The translations under genes were made by a program, and so were the position numbers. Shown in pieces: positions 1 to 12,835 of a stretch of 64,000 nt of DNA. Within the stretch, counting starts at the first letter, position 1. The number at the start of each line of letters is the position of its first letter. The notes under the pieces were generated by a model that did not search any database, was not told where the DNA came from, and worked only from the letters and a program-made list of their open reading frames with translations. The stretch comes from Takakia lepidozioides (taxonomy: Eukaryota > Plantae > Bryophyta), in the NCBI GenBank assembly GCA_030704615.1, contig CM060733.1, positions 69,502,001-69,566,000 on the forward strand, in the 5' to 3' direction.

Positions 1-89
1 GAATGGAGATACAATAGCTACATCCTCAGCATCCGAGGCATGCACATGCGACAGTCTATGCTGCAAATCTGCATCATCCCAATTATCCA

Positions 90-806
90 CTATCCATCCA
101 CAAAGAAAATCATGCTTTGATACTGCGTACTCACATGTAAACCAATCTGCTGTAAAAGTTGCCCCCATTTTTTTTTGATTTTGGTCTCCAAGTATTTATG
201 TATGAAAGTCATTACAAAGTAGCCACACTCCCAGCCGCTTGGTTGTTGTGGCACCTCAGGTTCCAGCCACTGCCATGCCATTATTTCATTCCAAAGTACT
301 GAGTCCGGTTCGGCTTTGTGTAGGTATGCTCTAAAAGTGCGAAGACGCGTTTCAAAGGCAAGTCGGCTATGGGATCTGAATGATGTCATGGAATTCAGAT
401 GAACAAACTTGGACTTATCAAAAAACCATCAAACTCCAATGGCCCCTGCAGAACGCACATGTATTTGAGGCCAGACACCACTAATGCTTTCCATTCTCCA
501 AATCAAATCAAAGTCGGTCAAAGCTGCAAAATAGGAGGATTGAGGGACGTACCCAGAGCATAAGGGGATGAACCATGTCTGAACCTTATCTGGATCCTTC
601 CCTAGGCACTTCTCAGTTACCCAATCATTTACAAGACCTTTGGAAATCCTGTGAAGGTCGTCCTTGGTTGATCCCTCCAAAGACGTCCATATCAGTGTGT
701 CCATCACAGCCCACCAGCAACGATTACTCTCCTCCAGGGATAGCTGCAAAATATTGGCATACAAAAACACCCCTCCATCCCCCGCTTCCCCATACAATTT
801 TGACAA
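90..806 (-). pseudogene. Ulp1/C48 SUMO-protease-like domain, fragmented (TE-associated)
   Basis: WFIPLC strand (429-806) and the PQQPSGWECGYFVM motif (90-389) match the C48 Q-x-x-x-x-x-C-G catalytic segment. The region is broken by stops and probable introns. Confidence 0.65.
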
Positions 807-954
807 CGGTAGATAATCCCATGAACCCAGAATGGACTCCTGTGGAGTGCCTTTGAAGAAAAATAAGGCAGCCCTTGTCCTCTGGGAGCTTTTCCCTCAG
901 TCTATTCTGGTTTCTGCATTTAACACAAGTTCACGAAGTCACACAGGTAGGCAA

Positions 955-2983
955 TTAACTGTTAAGGGTGTTTTCAAGCAACCATATTATCCCCCTATCA
1001 TGCGTATAAGCCTTGCTGAATGTACTCACCATGAATTTGGTCCCCCCTTGGTCGTTGGAAGCCCTGGCCCACTTACTTAGTGACTTCTGGCCGACCAGAT
1101 TTTGCCTTCCATTTCTTCCCTGTTCTGGTGATAGCTTTACTTTCCCCCTCAGCTGCACGGTTCTCCTCCCCCGCATCGTCACCCGTATTTTTTGCGCACG
1201 CTTCGGCTCCCCCTCATCCTTCGGGGGTCTTTGCTTCCCCTTGCCGATCCCCTCTCCGGTCTGCTCCCCCTTGCCCTTCATGTGTTCCTTCTCCTTCCCC
1301 TTATCCTTTGTTTCTTTCTGATCCCCCTGCTCCAAGCCCTGCAGGTTCAATTGGCCTCCCGAAGTTTTTGCAGCAACCCTATGCCGTGTTCGACCTGCTA
1401 CTGGGCCAGATGATGGTTTGCCGGAGGTCAAACCCATGTGCAGGGGGGTTGGAGCAGAAACCATAGGAGTAGGCACCATCAGACCCGTGGTGAATGTGGA
1501 GCCAGGGTGAGCCCCAATTCAATATTCCAAGGATCTGTGGAAGCAATGGGAGCAGTACCAAGGGGCTGGAGTAAGCGCTCTGCTGTGGGGGAGACCAGAC
1601 TATCTGCGAGTGCGGATAACAACGGAATGGCCTGTGGATGATATGGGGGTGCACCTGGGAAAACTGACATGGGCGGAACAAACCCCTCTGTTGCCAATTT
1701 GGTATTCCCTGCCAATGACTGGCGTTCAGGGGTCACCAACGTTGAAATAACCTCAACCTGTGTTGTCGGCAGAGGACTGGAAACAACTGCAAATCTGCTG
1801 GACTTGGCAGTTGGATCCACCATTCTTGGCACATCCTCCCTCTCCACGTGGGAAGTACACACAGACTTGGGATGAGTTGAAAGAGGTGATTGGACAAGGG
1901 CAGAGAGTGAAGGACCACAGAGAGACACAACAGCCCACTACAGAGCATATACATGGAGGGGAGCAGGCATGACATCGGGAACAACGTTGGGGGATGACAC
2001 CTCGGGTGATGGAGCACTGAGGGGGGACCAGAGGGAGTCACAGTAGCATGTGAGAGAGCAGACATATGTGGGGAAGAAGAGTGGAAGTCAGGGGTAGACA
2101 AGGGGGGACCACGGTCACACACGGATGCATGCTTCGTAGAAGACAGATCTGGGGGAGCAGACAAAAAATTGGGAGTAGAGGTGGGGGCTGCCAGGGCTAA
2201 AGGGAGATCAGAAAGGGAGGGAGCAGTGATACACACTAAAGCAGTACCAGATGAGGGGGGAGCACAAAAAGAAAACTCATGCGAGGAGGGAGATGAGTCC
2301 GATGGAATAGCATGCAGTGAGACGAGGGTAGCCACTTCTGGGGGAGCAGATAATGGAAGAAGTGCAGAGGCGGGGGGATCACATGGTTGGGGAGGAGTCG
2401 CAGAGAGAGCGGCAGACACAGAGGGGGGGGGGGGAGAGAGGAGGGTAGCACCTGGTGCGGGATCACAGATTTGAAGGGGAGCAGCGGCGGGGACATCACA
2501 TGATGGGCCAGCAGAGACAGAGAGGGTAGCAGAGAGGAGGGCCGCTCCTTGGGAGCGATCAGAGATAGGAAGGGGAGAAGAGGCGGGGGCAGCAGAGACA
2601 ACGAGGGCAACGGAGTATTCCCTTGGGGAGTCTAAAAGAAGACTGTGAGGCAGAACAGTATGAGAGGGGATGGGATTGACATCAACTTCCGCAATGGGTG
2701 TGTAGAAACCTGCCGTCGGAGATTCCACTTCAAAAGTCTCTGTGTGAGGCGCTTGAAGGTCTTCAACCTGTGAGGGTGTTGGCGATGCCATTTGCAATGC
2801 ATGGTGGGACAACTGCGATGAATTGAAGGCGTCCACGCCAATGTGGGAAAGGTGAGGGGCATATGGTGACACTCGTCGGTCGTATAGTTTATGTCTTCTC
2901 GCCAACAACACCTTGTTTGCTCGTAAGACCTCCTCCATGGCATTTTGAACTCCAACATCAGCTGCCTCAACCTCACCTATCAC
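955..2983 (-). other. Low-complexity Pro/Ser- and Lys/Gly-rich ORF pieces, possibly the N-terminal part of the Ulp1-like TE gene
   Basis: Co-oriented ORFs 1733-2983 and 955-1479 lie upstream of the Ulp1 fragments. No recognisable domain. Confidence 0.25.
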
Positions 2984-3041
2984 AGAGACAAGCGCTTGTG
3001 TCTAGCTTTGACCCCCGTGATCCCGTGATCCCCCGATCCCC

Positions 3042-3893
3042 CACTACAACAGATCGCGGTATTTATGACTGTATATATGACTATTCTGCAGTCATAAACG
3101 GTACATATGACTTCTATGACTGTAAGTCGTGCAAACCAAGTGAATACAATGAGTACAGGATGGTACGGTCCGGATGATTACAGTCAGATGAACCAAGTAA
3201 TATCCCTCACTGCAGTCATATATACCATACTGCAGTCGCAGCTGCCGCGCCACGTGGCGAGGCGCAATTGATTAAAAAAATTAAATTAAATTAAAAAAAC
3301 TAAAAAAATTAAAAACATGTATCAGACGCCGCGTCGCACTGCATTGTGCCACATGGCATAATGCATTTTATAATTTAAAAAAAAAACCATGTGGCAGCCC
3401 ATCTAAGGTACCACATGCTATCCCTAACTCACCTACTAACCCTAGGACCATCTTATCCATTTGATTGTACTTAGAGGAGTTTGAACCTGCAACCTCTTTA
3501 CTATAAGAGTTATAGTTCACTACCTGCTAACCAATACACCCATTAGTCATTCATGTGATCTATATGGTGTTTTAATTGTATTATACACACCAAATTACAA
3601 AATCCCCAATAGTCATCATGACTATGTAACCTCATCCATGTACACTGTAGTCATGGAAATTACTATGAATGGTGAGCTAAATCTGGTCAATTGCCGTTGA
3701 CTAGCCTTCCGCCCATTCCGGAGCCATGTAGTCATATAGACAACTACTTAGATAGTCGTTCATATGACTACAGTTGTATGAACGACTGCGGGAGATCAAT
3801 TTCATATAAAAACATGGTGCAGTCATGGTCAAAGTCAAGAAAACCATGACTACCACGATTTGGCAATCATAACTACCACGATCTGTTGTAGTG
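3042..3893. mobile_element. Non-autonomous CACTA (EnSpm) element, 852 bp
   Basis: TIRs CACTACAACAGATCG...CGATCTGTTGTAGTG (about 29 bp with 3 mismatches), 3-bp TSD CCC, many ATGACT subterminal motifs, no ORF. Confidence 0.9.
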
Positions 3894-5984
3894 CCCGACT
3901 GTAAAGTCTGCTCCCCCATTTATCTACTAATCTTCACAATGATAGACTGTTGGAGAGGCAAAGCATGCACTTACTCAAAAGATGCACATAACGTCCCAAA
4001 TCAATGTGCTCCCGCCTAAACAATAGATCCTCTCAGGCCCTGGTTGCATGTCGTATCCCTTTGGCATCGTTGCCCTTGCACCACAAAACTTGGAAGTGGG
4101 CCGTTTCCGTTGCTGCAAATTCATGAAACGCTCGAGCACGCACCATGCGAAGAAATGCTCGGCAAGAGTCGACGATCTGCATTTTGTCCTACATTGTACT
4201 ATATCTAAGCTGACCCTCTGCCAGGAGCACTTCTTTCAACATACTCTCCTGATTCTGAAAATTCCCAAACGTCCGCCAACCTCCATGCAAGAAGAGTCCA
4301 AATCCATGGTAGGGCAGTTTGTGAGAAGTCTGCAAAAAACATCATGATATGACTGGGGCAGATGCCGTGTCTTAAATCGGCCAAAGGATACAAGTGTGAA
4401 ACAGGGGGTCGAGGGTCCATGGTAGAAAAAACTTGGAGGGGAATAGGGACCGGAGGCAGTCGGGCTGGACATTGACGTTTCAGCCGGGTGACAATGGCAT
4501 CAGATTCCTCGGCAGTTCTTAGGAGAGGGAATTCAGGAAGCAGACGTCGGACGTCCTGCCCCTCCAGCAATAGTTCAATAATATCAAACTGGAGATCTAG
4601 AGATGAGGGGGGAGCAGAAGAGGAGCAGCAGAGGGGGGAGCAGACCTGAAAGAAGTCGAGGGAGCAGAAGAGGGGGGAACAAAGCAAGGGGGACATGACG
4701 TGGGGGGACCTGATATGGGGCAAGCAGACCTGTTTGCAACAGAGGCGGGGGGTTGTTTTTTCATGAGCGATGAGCAGATGAGCCATGAGCCATGAGCAGA
4801 GTTCCCAAACCTCCTCCATACCAAAATCCGAAGGGACGTTGGAGGCTCGGATCCGGTTCGGGATGTGTGCGAAGCTGATATGGCCACATACTTAATGTCT
4901 AGGATGTATAAATGCACGGTATTAGAAGGTGTACCACCCAATTCCGCGCGTCACATACACTACCAGAGTTAACCGAGGGCGGAGGAAAACGAGAAGTCGG
5001 CATCGACTTCTCGTGCCTGGTGATCAGTAAAGTCTGTGCCGACTTCTGGAACAGAAGGTAGGGGAAATGTAACTTAAAAAGGGCAGGCGGAAGTCTGTGC
5101 CGATTTCTCCCAAAAACAGATCGTGTGCTTCAGTAAATAGGAAAATACAAGTAGGGACCGGGAAGTCTATGCCGACTTCTGGCCCACAATGAAATGACAT
5201 TAATCGGAAAAAGGCAGGGACTGTGAATATTGCTTAGAACGCAGATGTACTCCAACATTTTCCATGCTTCAAGACAATCGGTCATACTACTTTTTTGCTC
5301 CATCCATTGCATGGAGCTGCACAGAAAATAAACACGAAACAAATTTTTGAATTTACATAAACGTTTAAGGGTAACAAGGTTAAGGAGTGCCCTCACTGGT
5401 AGCGTCCCCATATTCCATCTCCACATCGTCCACCACTTTCTCGATGATCTCATCGACATCATCATCGTCTTCTTTTTCTGTCGATGGATCAGGGCTCTCA
5501 CTACCTAGCACAACACTATATTCTACCAGATGTTGAACCTTCCTAAACCTTTTAACCGCTTGTGCCTCACCTGGCCACATTGGCCTCTTCGACAATTCGG
5601 GGGATTCCTGCTGAGCTAGCCTTTCTGCCATCTTTGCTGCATAGTCAGGAAGACACATAGGTTTGGGTGGGGTGAAGAGAACAACAGCTGCTTTTCGATG
5701 AAGATCTGCCCTCTTCTCGGCAATCTGTGCCTTCCTATTTTCCCTCTCCTGAAGTGCAGCCATTAAGGAGGCTGTACGGCAATGAGCTGGCGTCATTGGA
5801 GCTGGCCTCCTTATGCAAATTGAGGGAACATCACTGCAAAAGGAAAAAAAATACCATGGTCATGAGCCTTGCAAAGGGAACGTGTTGGCCGGGCCATGGC
5901 AAGCAAGACAGCGCAGCAAAATTGAGAAATCTGCGCCAACTATCATGTTTTGAAGAAAGAAAACGAGAGGAACAACAAACTTAC

Positions 5985-8900
5985 TCACTCTAGTACATGG
6001 ACATGCACAGGTTGGTCACCAGAATCCCGGAACCACTCATCAGGTGTCAAGTCCATTGGGGCCACGGGGTCGGGTGTAGCAGGCATCTCACTTTGCAGGC
6101 CCTGCAGTTTCTCTCTTACAAGCTCTCCATCGCCTTCCAAGGCCAGCAAGTGGCGACCACAAACCCGTGCAGCCACCATGGATGCGCCACAGTTTGCAGT
6201 GAGGTCCACAATCTTGCCCCCAATGTCAGTCAACATCTCCATAAAAGTCTGTAGGAACATTGGGCTTTTTTCTCTGGCGCCTCTGAACCAGGTCCCATCA
6301 GCTCTTGTGTACAGCCTGTCTTTGGTGACACAATTGCGCACAATGTCGGTGTCAACCGGATTGAAGTCGGAATCCAGTTTCTTGGCATCCCGGCCAAGGT
6401 CGCAGGCGTATGTCGGGCTCTTCAACAACAAAAAAGCATAAAACACCCGAGTCTGCACAGGAAACCCAATTGCCTCAGCACATGAACTGTAAGTCTGGGC
6501 CGACTTCATGAAAGCTAGACAAGGACATGGGTGACATGTTGGAAAGCGTTGGTAATAATTTCGTACTTCCCAAGCACCAGCCTTTGTCCGATATTGTTAA
6601 GCAGGAAAACAGGGGGCTAAGTTGGAAGTCTGTGCAGACTTCCCATACTGTTCTGGGAAGCCTGTGCCGACTTCCAAAACAAAACGTGGACTGCGGCATT
6701 GTTCAAACTGCTCAGCATAACTCACTGTTATATGAAAAAACCACTAGTGGACGTGGGAACATGTAGGAGCCACTTATGTCTTCAATGGGAACAGGGCTGG
6801 GAATTTGGGAAGTCTGTACAGACTTCCCACATTGACAGGGAATGGAACATGATGAACGACGCAAGGAGGTGGTGTTTTGGGCTACCTGTGGCTGCTGCTC
6901 ATCGCCTGTCAGGAGCGGGAGGGCATTCATGCAGGTCCACTTCCTCTTCACAAAACGAAACGGCGCATTGCTCGCTATCCGTCGAAGGTCCATCTCCGTC
7001 TTGCCGTCACCCTTGCAAAAAATGAGGAGTCGCCCCACATCATCCGTGATTGCATTTGCCAACGATATGGCTGATGTGAGAAAGCTTCCGAACATTCCAA
7101 TCTGGCACAATACCCTCTGCTCCACAATTATGCACCATCTGCCCATCTGGGATATCCACAATGACGAGGTCAGCGCCTTCCTTCATGGAGGGTTCGGATA
7201 CCCCCCCACGCACATGCTCCTTCTTGTGGCACTCAATGAAGGCATCTACCATTGCCCTCTCCGGTGGCCACCTCTTTGTGGTGGATTCGGTTGCCAGCCG
7301 CTGCTCAACAAGTGCGAAGCTGTCACAGTGGATGCATTTCACCTCACAAGTCGGCACAGACTTCTGCAGTGGACGCGCCTCAAACAAGGATTGCTTTATG
7401 GCTAAGGGCAATGCCGTTGACTTACGTACTCTGGTAGTAGCCCCCGGAAAAATCAGACTTTGGCTGGGGCCACGGCGTGCGTTTGCTAGGTCCATTCCAC
7501 CCAGATGCTCGGTGATCCCCGTTCTGCCATGCTGTTGAACCTGTTCGCCTTCCACCACTTGCACGTCCTCTGTCTCATCCGCCCCTTCCTGGCTTTTCTC
7601 CGTTTGGGCTCTGCCTTGTTTGGTAGGAGATGACTGCTGCCAACTCTCTGAGCCTTCTTCGACTTCTGCTTCCTGGTGCTGCCTTGATGCTGCCTCCGCC
7701 GCAAGGGCCTCCGTGGTGTGCTCAAGATGAGCGACAGCGGCATTGTGGGCTTCTGCCGGAGCGGTCTCGCTGGCAGGTTGTCCGGGTGGAGGTGGTATTT
7801 CTTCACCTAAAGCAAGTGTCTTATATGCTTCTGCCTCCTCCACAGGGATGAAGTTTGGTGGGCAGTCCAACCACCAATAACACTGCAAATGGGACGTACT
7901 CTGTAATCTGCTTGTGATTGTACATGGTGCACTCAGACCGTGTACCTGCCCACTGAGAAACCATCACCGGAATAGCCTGAATGTGTTTGTTGGGCAGAAG
8001 GTAGAAGTTGATGTACCTGAAAAAGTGAGGCATTTCAGATTCAGAAATCGGCACAGACTATTGCCATTGTCAGCATCCTATCGGAAAATCTGTGCAGACT
8101 TCCCAACTACCACGTCTTGAAATACAACATAGGGTTTGCATTGTCATACCTGTACACAAGTCGACGTGTAGGCTGCATCCCCCCTAGCTGCTCTAGGACA
8201 TCCTAGCTCCCGCGTGGGCCCTCCACCATCTCGCAGTGGAAAAGCTCGTTCCAGTACTCGACCATAAAATGCTCAATCCACCTGAGCAATCCCTTCATGT
8301 CCTCCGTCTGACGCACCGCCAAAACCTTCGCCTTGATTAGAGAGGCCAATTCCCTCTCCGCCGCTTGCATTTGCTGCAACAAACAAGGACTGTCAACCTC
8401 CTGGCAAAAATAACCCTACTAAAAACCAACCAGGCAAAGCAAGGAGCCATGAATGCATGCCTAGCCCTAAAATATCCACCAGACAATCAGATTACTGACA
8501 TTTACATGCAAAGCCACTGCAAGTCTGTGCCGACTTCCCAAACTGCATATACACGTGGAGATGGAGTACCTGCCACCACCAAGTGGCCTTGTCCACCCAA
8601 CCACTGAATTCCTTGTCCGTTGGTGACACCGGGAAGATTCTCCTGTTGGCCGGCGGCAAATTCCATAGTTTCAACCACCCAACCTTTGCCTCCGTAGAAA
8701 CGAGGCTGGTGGCAACCATCTGAAGTTTCTCCAGAGTCATCTCCGCTCTATCCAGGGCACGCAACTTGTTGTAGTATGTTGTTATCTCAAAAAGGAACCC
8801 ATCGCCAAGGGCTGGATCACAGATAGAACTGTACTTGGCAATCTTTGAGTGCCATTTAGTCTTACACACTGCCAGATTTGCATCAAGAGCTGATTCCACA

Positions 8901-9167
8901 ATCTCTGCATTCTCCGTGGTGTTGGAAAGGTGGGAATACTCTGCCAGTGTATCATCTGTTATCTCCCGGAATGACTCCTGTGCCATGAACTCGACAAGGC
9001 CCTCCCGTGTCAATGTCATCCAATTCGTGTCTCGTTTGCTGAGGCACTTGAGGTACACCTCATCGGACAGTGAATTCTTGTACTGCTCGATTGGAGTTGT
9101 TGCGCATAGTTGGAAATAGTAAAACTTGTGTGCCAGGTCGGACTTGACATTGCCCTCTTCTGTCACC
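5985..9167 (-). pseudogene. Multi-exon TE gene with C-terminal beta-class N4-cytosine/N6-adenine DNA methyltransferase-like domain
   Basis: Motif IV-like ADLVIVDIPDG (7142-7180) precedes motif X/I-like EKSPMFLQTFMEMLTDIGGKIVDLTANCGASMVAARVCGRHLLALEGD (ORF 5985-6509). The latter parallels the N6_N4_Mtase pattern QKP..L...I...T..GD.VLDPF.GSGTT..AA...GR..IG.E.D. Frameshift near 7090. Confidence 0.65.
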
Positions 9168-10131
9168 CTACATAACAACACTAGAGTAAGCTATGGTTGA
9201 GAAATAGGTAGTCGTTGCAAACTTCCCATACTATGGCAGTCCACGAAAGTGAAAAAGCACCATTACATGCAGAGCCATAGCAAGACCTGGGAAGTCGGTC
9301 CAGACTACTCACTGCCATTGCATAGCTCTGACTGGGTAGTCGACACAGACTACTCACTCTCCCATATATTGGGTAGTCAGCACGGACTACCCGAGCAGAG
9401 AACGGATCAGAGGATATTGGAGGTAGGTTCGGATGTTGAGGTAGGTTCGGGGGTTGTCCTGCATCTGCAAGTCAGTGTCGACTTCCACAGTACTGTGGTC
9501 TTCCAAAGAGGTGAGGGGGCTACCACGGAAATAGGTCTTCCTTCTATAACCGCGGTGAAATTTGACCATTCATGATGACGGACTGTCCATTTCCCATAAG
9601 TCGGCACAGACTTGTGGGGCCCATTTGATGCATGTAATCTTTAAATGAAAGAATGTATGTATTTAATGTTATGAGTTTTTTTTATTTTTCACAAGTTCCA
9701 GTTGAGAAGTCGGCACAGACTTGTCCGATGCCGCACTGATATGTACTAAAAGTCTGCACAGACTTGCCGTTTCCTATCCCACTATGGAATGCGCTCGGCA
9801 TGACTACTGGGCTTCAAACACACCACCTCGGTCAACTTCACAACATAGGAAAATGCACAAAAATGTTATGGTCTTGCAATTCTTGAACAAGGATAAAAGA
9901 CAAACTGGAAGAACACTCGCAAAAACTCAGAGACCACTCATCGGTAAGTCGGCATAGACTTGCAGAATAGTAGAAGACCCTTCCCGGCCAGTGGCAATAG
10001 ACGTATGGAATGGAACTTGCTGGCTTAGAAAACAAGAACAGTGGAACGGAAAGTGGTGGATGCAGAACATAAGGCAGTATCGTAGGCAAATGCTCCTCAT
10101 CTTCGCTCGCAGAAGGACGCTTCTGATGACG

Positions 10132-12835
10132 TTATTCTACCCACACGCAAGGATCATGGCGAAGCATTGCACTGGCCTCGTTCATACTCAAAGTAGGATA
10201 ATTAATTAAGGGGCTGTCAGCACAACAGCGGAGACGTCGAAGAAAAATCCAGTAAATGTGCTTGCAATGGGTGTACCCTTCCTTCAAATTGCGCATCTTC
10301 ACAAAGTTGGGACATGTGCAGTCTGGGTAAATGCCAATTGAGACGTAATAAACCTGCCCGTTGGTCGCTGAGCTGGAAGTACTGATGGTGTAAACTCTTC
10401 CCATCCCCGGTCGAGGAACATCACGGAAGCTCTGAACGATACCTCGCAGCGACATCGCCAATCCGACCTTCGTCCTATTAAGAGCTGTCTGTTTTTTGTG
10501 GTTATATTGCTTGCCCCATCTGCATTTGGGGTAATAGTCCCGATTCTGATGAGTTGCGGGCTGGTGGGCACGAACGTCCTCCTCCATTTGAAATCGTGGG
10601 ATATCATCCCTCGGGACCAGGCAAAACCCGGCTACATCCAATGAGTTAACTTCCTCCTGAGTCGAATCTGTTCCTGCCATCACAGGCCATACCTGTGGTG
10701 GCTCAGGTCTGTCCTTCGCATCTCGGTGGACTCCCCCACAAACACACTGTTGAATGTCTTGAGGACAAAACCAGAACTCATGCAATTTCGGTTTTGCAAA
10801 AATTGGGTTGTGGCACATTCCAATGTACTTCGGAGCTGGGATGCCAGACGATTTCGAAGGATGGATCTGCTGCTTACAGGGCTGCCCGCTATCAACCCGA
10901 ATACCCCAACATTGGGCGCGTGACAAGTCCGTTGTTCTTGCAATAGCAGTGGACACTAAAGTCTCCAACACTGGTTTTCCGTACTGCTGTGGAACACCAT
11001 TGTAGTTGGGAGCTGCCATGTCATCCTCCTCATCCATGTCCTCCACATGCACTCGGGAGCCACCTGCGCCTAAAGCCCGCCTCGGTCCAGTCTGCATGTT
11101 CATATCAGACCGCCATGAATGCTGATCCTCCTCCTCATCCAGATTGTGGATGAATATCTTCCTCTTTGTTGTGCGTGTGAGAAGGTCACCTTCCAAGCCG
11201 CCCGCACGGTTATGCAGTGGTGTTCCAACCACAAATGTCTTGAGAGCCTCCGCCATTTTCCTTGGGTCACTTGACCTCGATGCCGCACGCACCAGCAAAT
11301 CCTCTCGGCTGGGTCCAACTCCTTTTCTGCCCCCATTAAGGAACAAACGGTACCCGGATGTCTGCAGGCACGCACGCACAATATCATGTCGTGTTGCCAT
11401 GTACATGTCCGACTTCACGGAGCCACTCCCTGCTTGCCAGCTCGCATGAATCGATTCTGAGATATTCACATTCGGCATGTCCGCGTCCTCCTCCAAACTG
11501 AGTCCCTGAACAGAACAAAAACACTTGTAAGATGGGAAGTCGGCACATGAGACTTGCGTGGCGCCGGAAAATCAAAATGTACATACATGCCTCTTTGGAC
11601 TACTCACTTATAGGACACGGGAAGTCGGCACAAGATTACAGACGTGACTGGGCAGACAAACGGAATAAACATACTGGAAAGACGACACCGACATCCCCGT
11701 CAGTACTCCGGCGACATGGAGCTGGACGTGGGAAGTCGACACATACTTACAGAGGGTTGTGGACACAGAATCAGAAAACCACAGTGGTAAATCAGCACAG
11801 ACTTCCCGGTTTGCACATGGGAAGTTTGCACACACGCAAACGTGCCTGGGCACAGTGGCACTCCACTGACAAGTCGGCACAGACTTCCATGTGACAGAGA
11901 AGGACGGGAAGGCTGCACAGAGTTGCACTGGGTTCGGGGAACAATATAGTAATAGCACAGCGGTAAGTCGGCACAGACTTCCCTGTCTGCACTCCCGGAG
12001 CATTGCGATGGGAAGTCGGTGACTTAAAGAGGTGGCTGGACACACTGTCAAAATAGCCAATGCAAAGTCGGTGCAGACTTCCTTATCACGCACCAGGCAT
12101 GCATGATGCCGGAGGTGGGAAGTCGGCACAGACTCCCCGAGCACCGTCCAGCTGGCCCGCTGCATTGGTGTTTTCTGTCGGCGGCAACTCGTACACAATG
12201 TCCCCATCTACTCTTCTGGGTAAATGGTTCACCTTCACTATTTGAACACTGTGAAAGTCGATCCTAGAAAGCTCGCTGCGGGATGTGGTGCTGGTGCGTA
12301 GGAGCTGCAAGATGTCCACCATTGAATTTGTAACCGCATCTGCGGGTGTGGGAGTAAACACGTCGGCATCCACCTCATGTGCATCGTCGTCCTCCATGGT
12401 GTTTGCGCGCGTGCGCGGAGGTGCGGAGTGTGCTCGTCTGCTGCCAACCACCATGCAGTCCTCATCCTCCTCACTCAATATTTGAATACTCTCCGTCTTT
12501 GCAGGACATGGGCCAAATATGGATGCGGCAGTCGGTGCAGTAAGGTATGCCAACACACTCGACGATGATGCTTGCTGGCCATATACAATGTATTGTTGAC
12601 CTGTTTCGTGTGGAATGACATAGGCCCGCGCAAAATCATTTCGTTTAGGACTGACAATCCGAGTTTCCACAACGCCATCCTCTCCCACCTCCTCGACTTC
12701 GAAAACAGCCGTCCTAGGCTGCAATGCAAACCGAGATCTGAGAACCTTGTCTGCGAATATCACCGAACCATCCTTTGCTTCCACTCTTACAGATGCATTT
12801 GCAGATGGACAGGTTAGGCGAACGCACTCAGCCAT
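10132..12835 (-). pseudogene. SWIM zinc-finger, Mutator-like transposase-related gene, middle apparently missing
   Basis: SWIM motif YYVSIGIYPDCTCPNF...CKHIYWIFL. NISESIHASW resembles the MULE catalytic-Glu segment. N-terminal ORF at 12086-12835; the intervening DNA is rich in the palindromic repeat. Confidence 0.6.

Noticed and set aside
4958-4968. CACTACCAGAG as the left terminus of the large DNA transposon
   Set aside because: No matching inverted terminus or TSD was found.
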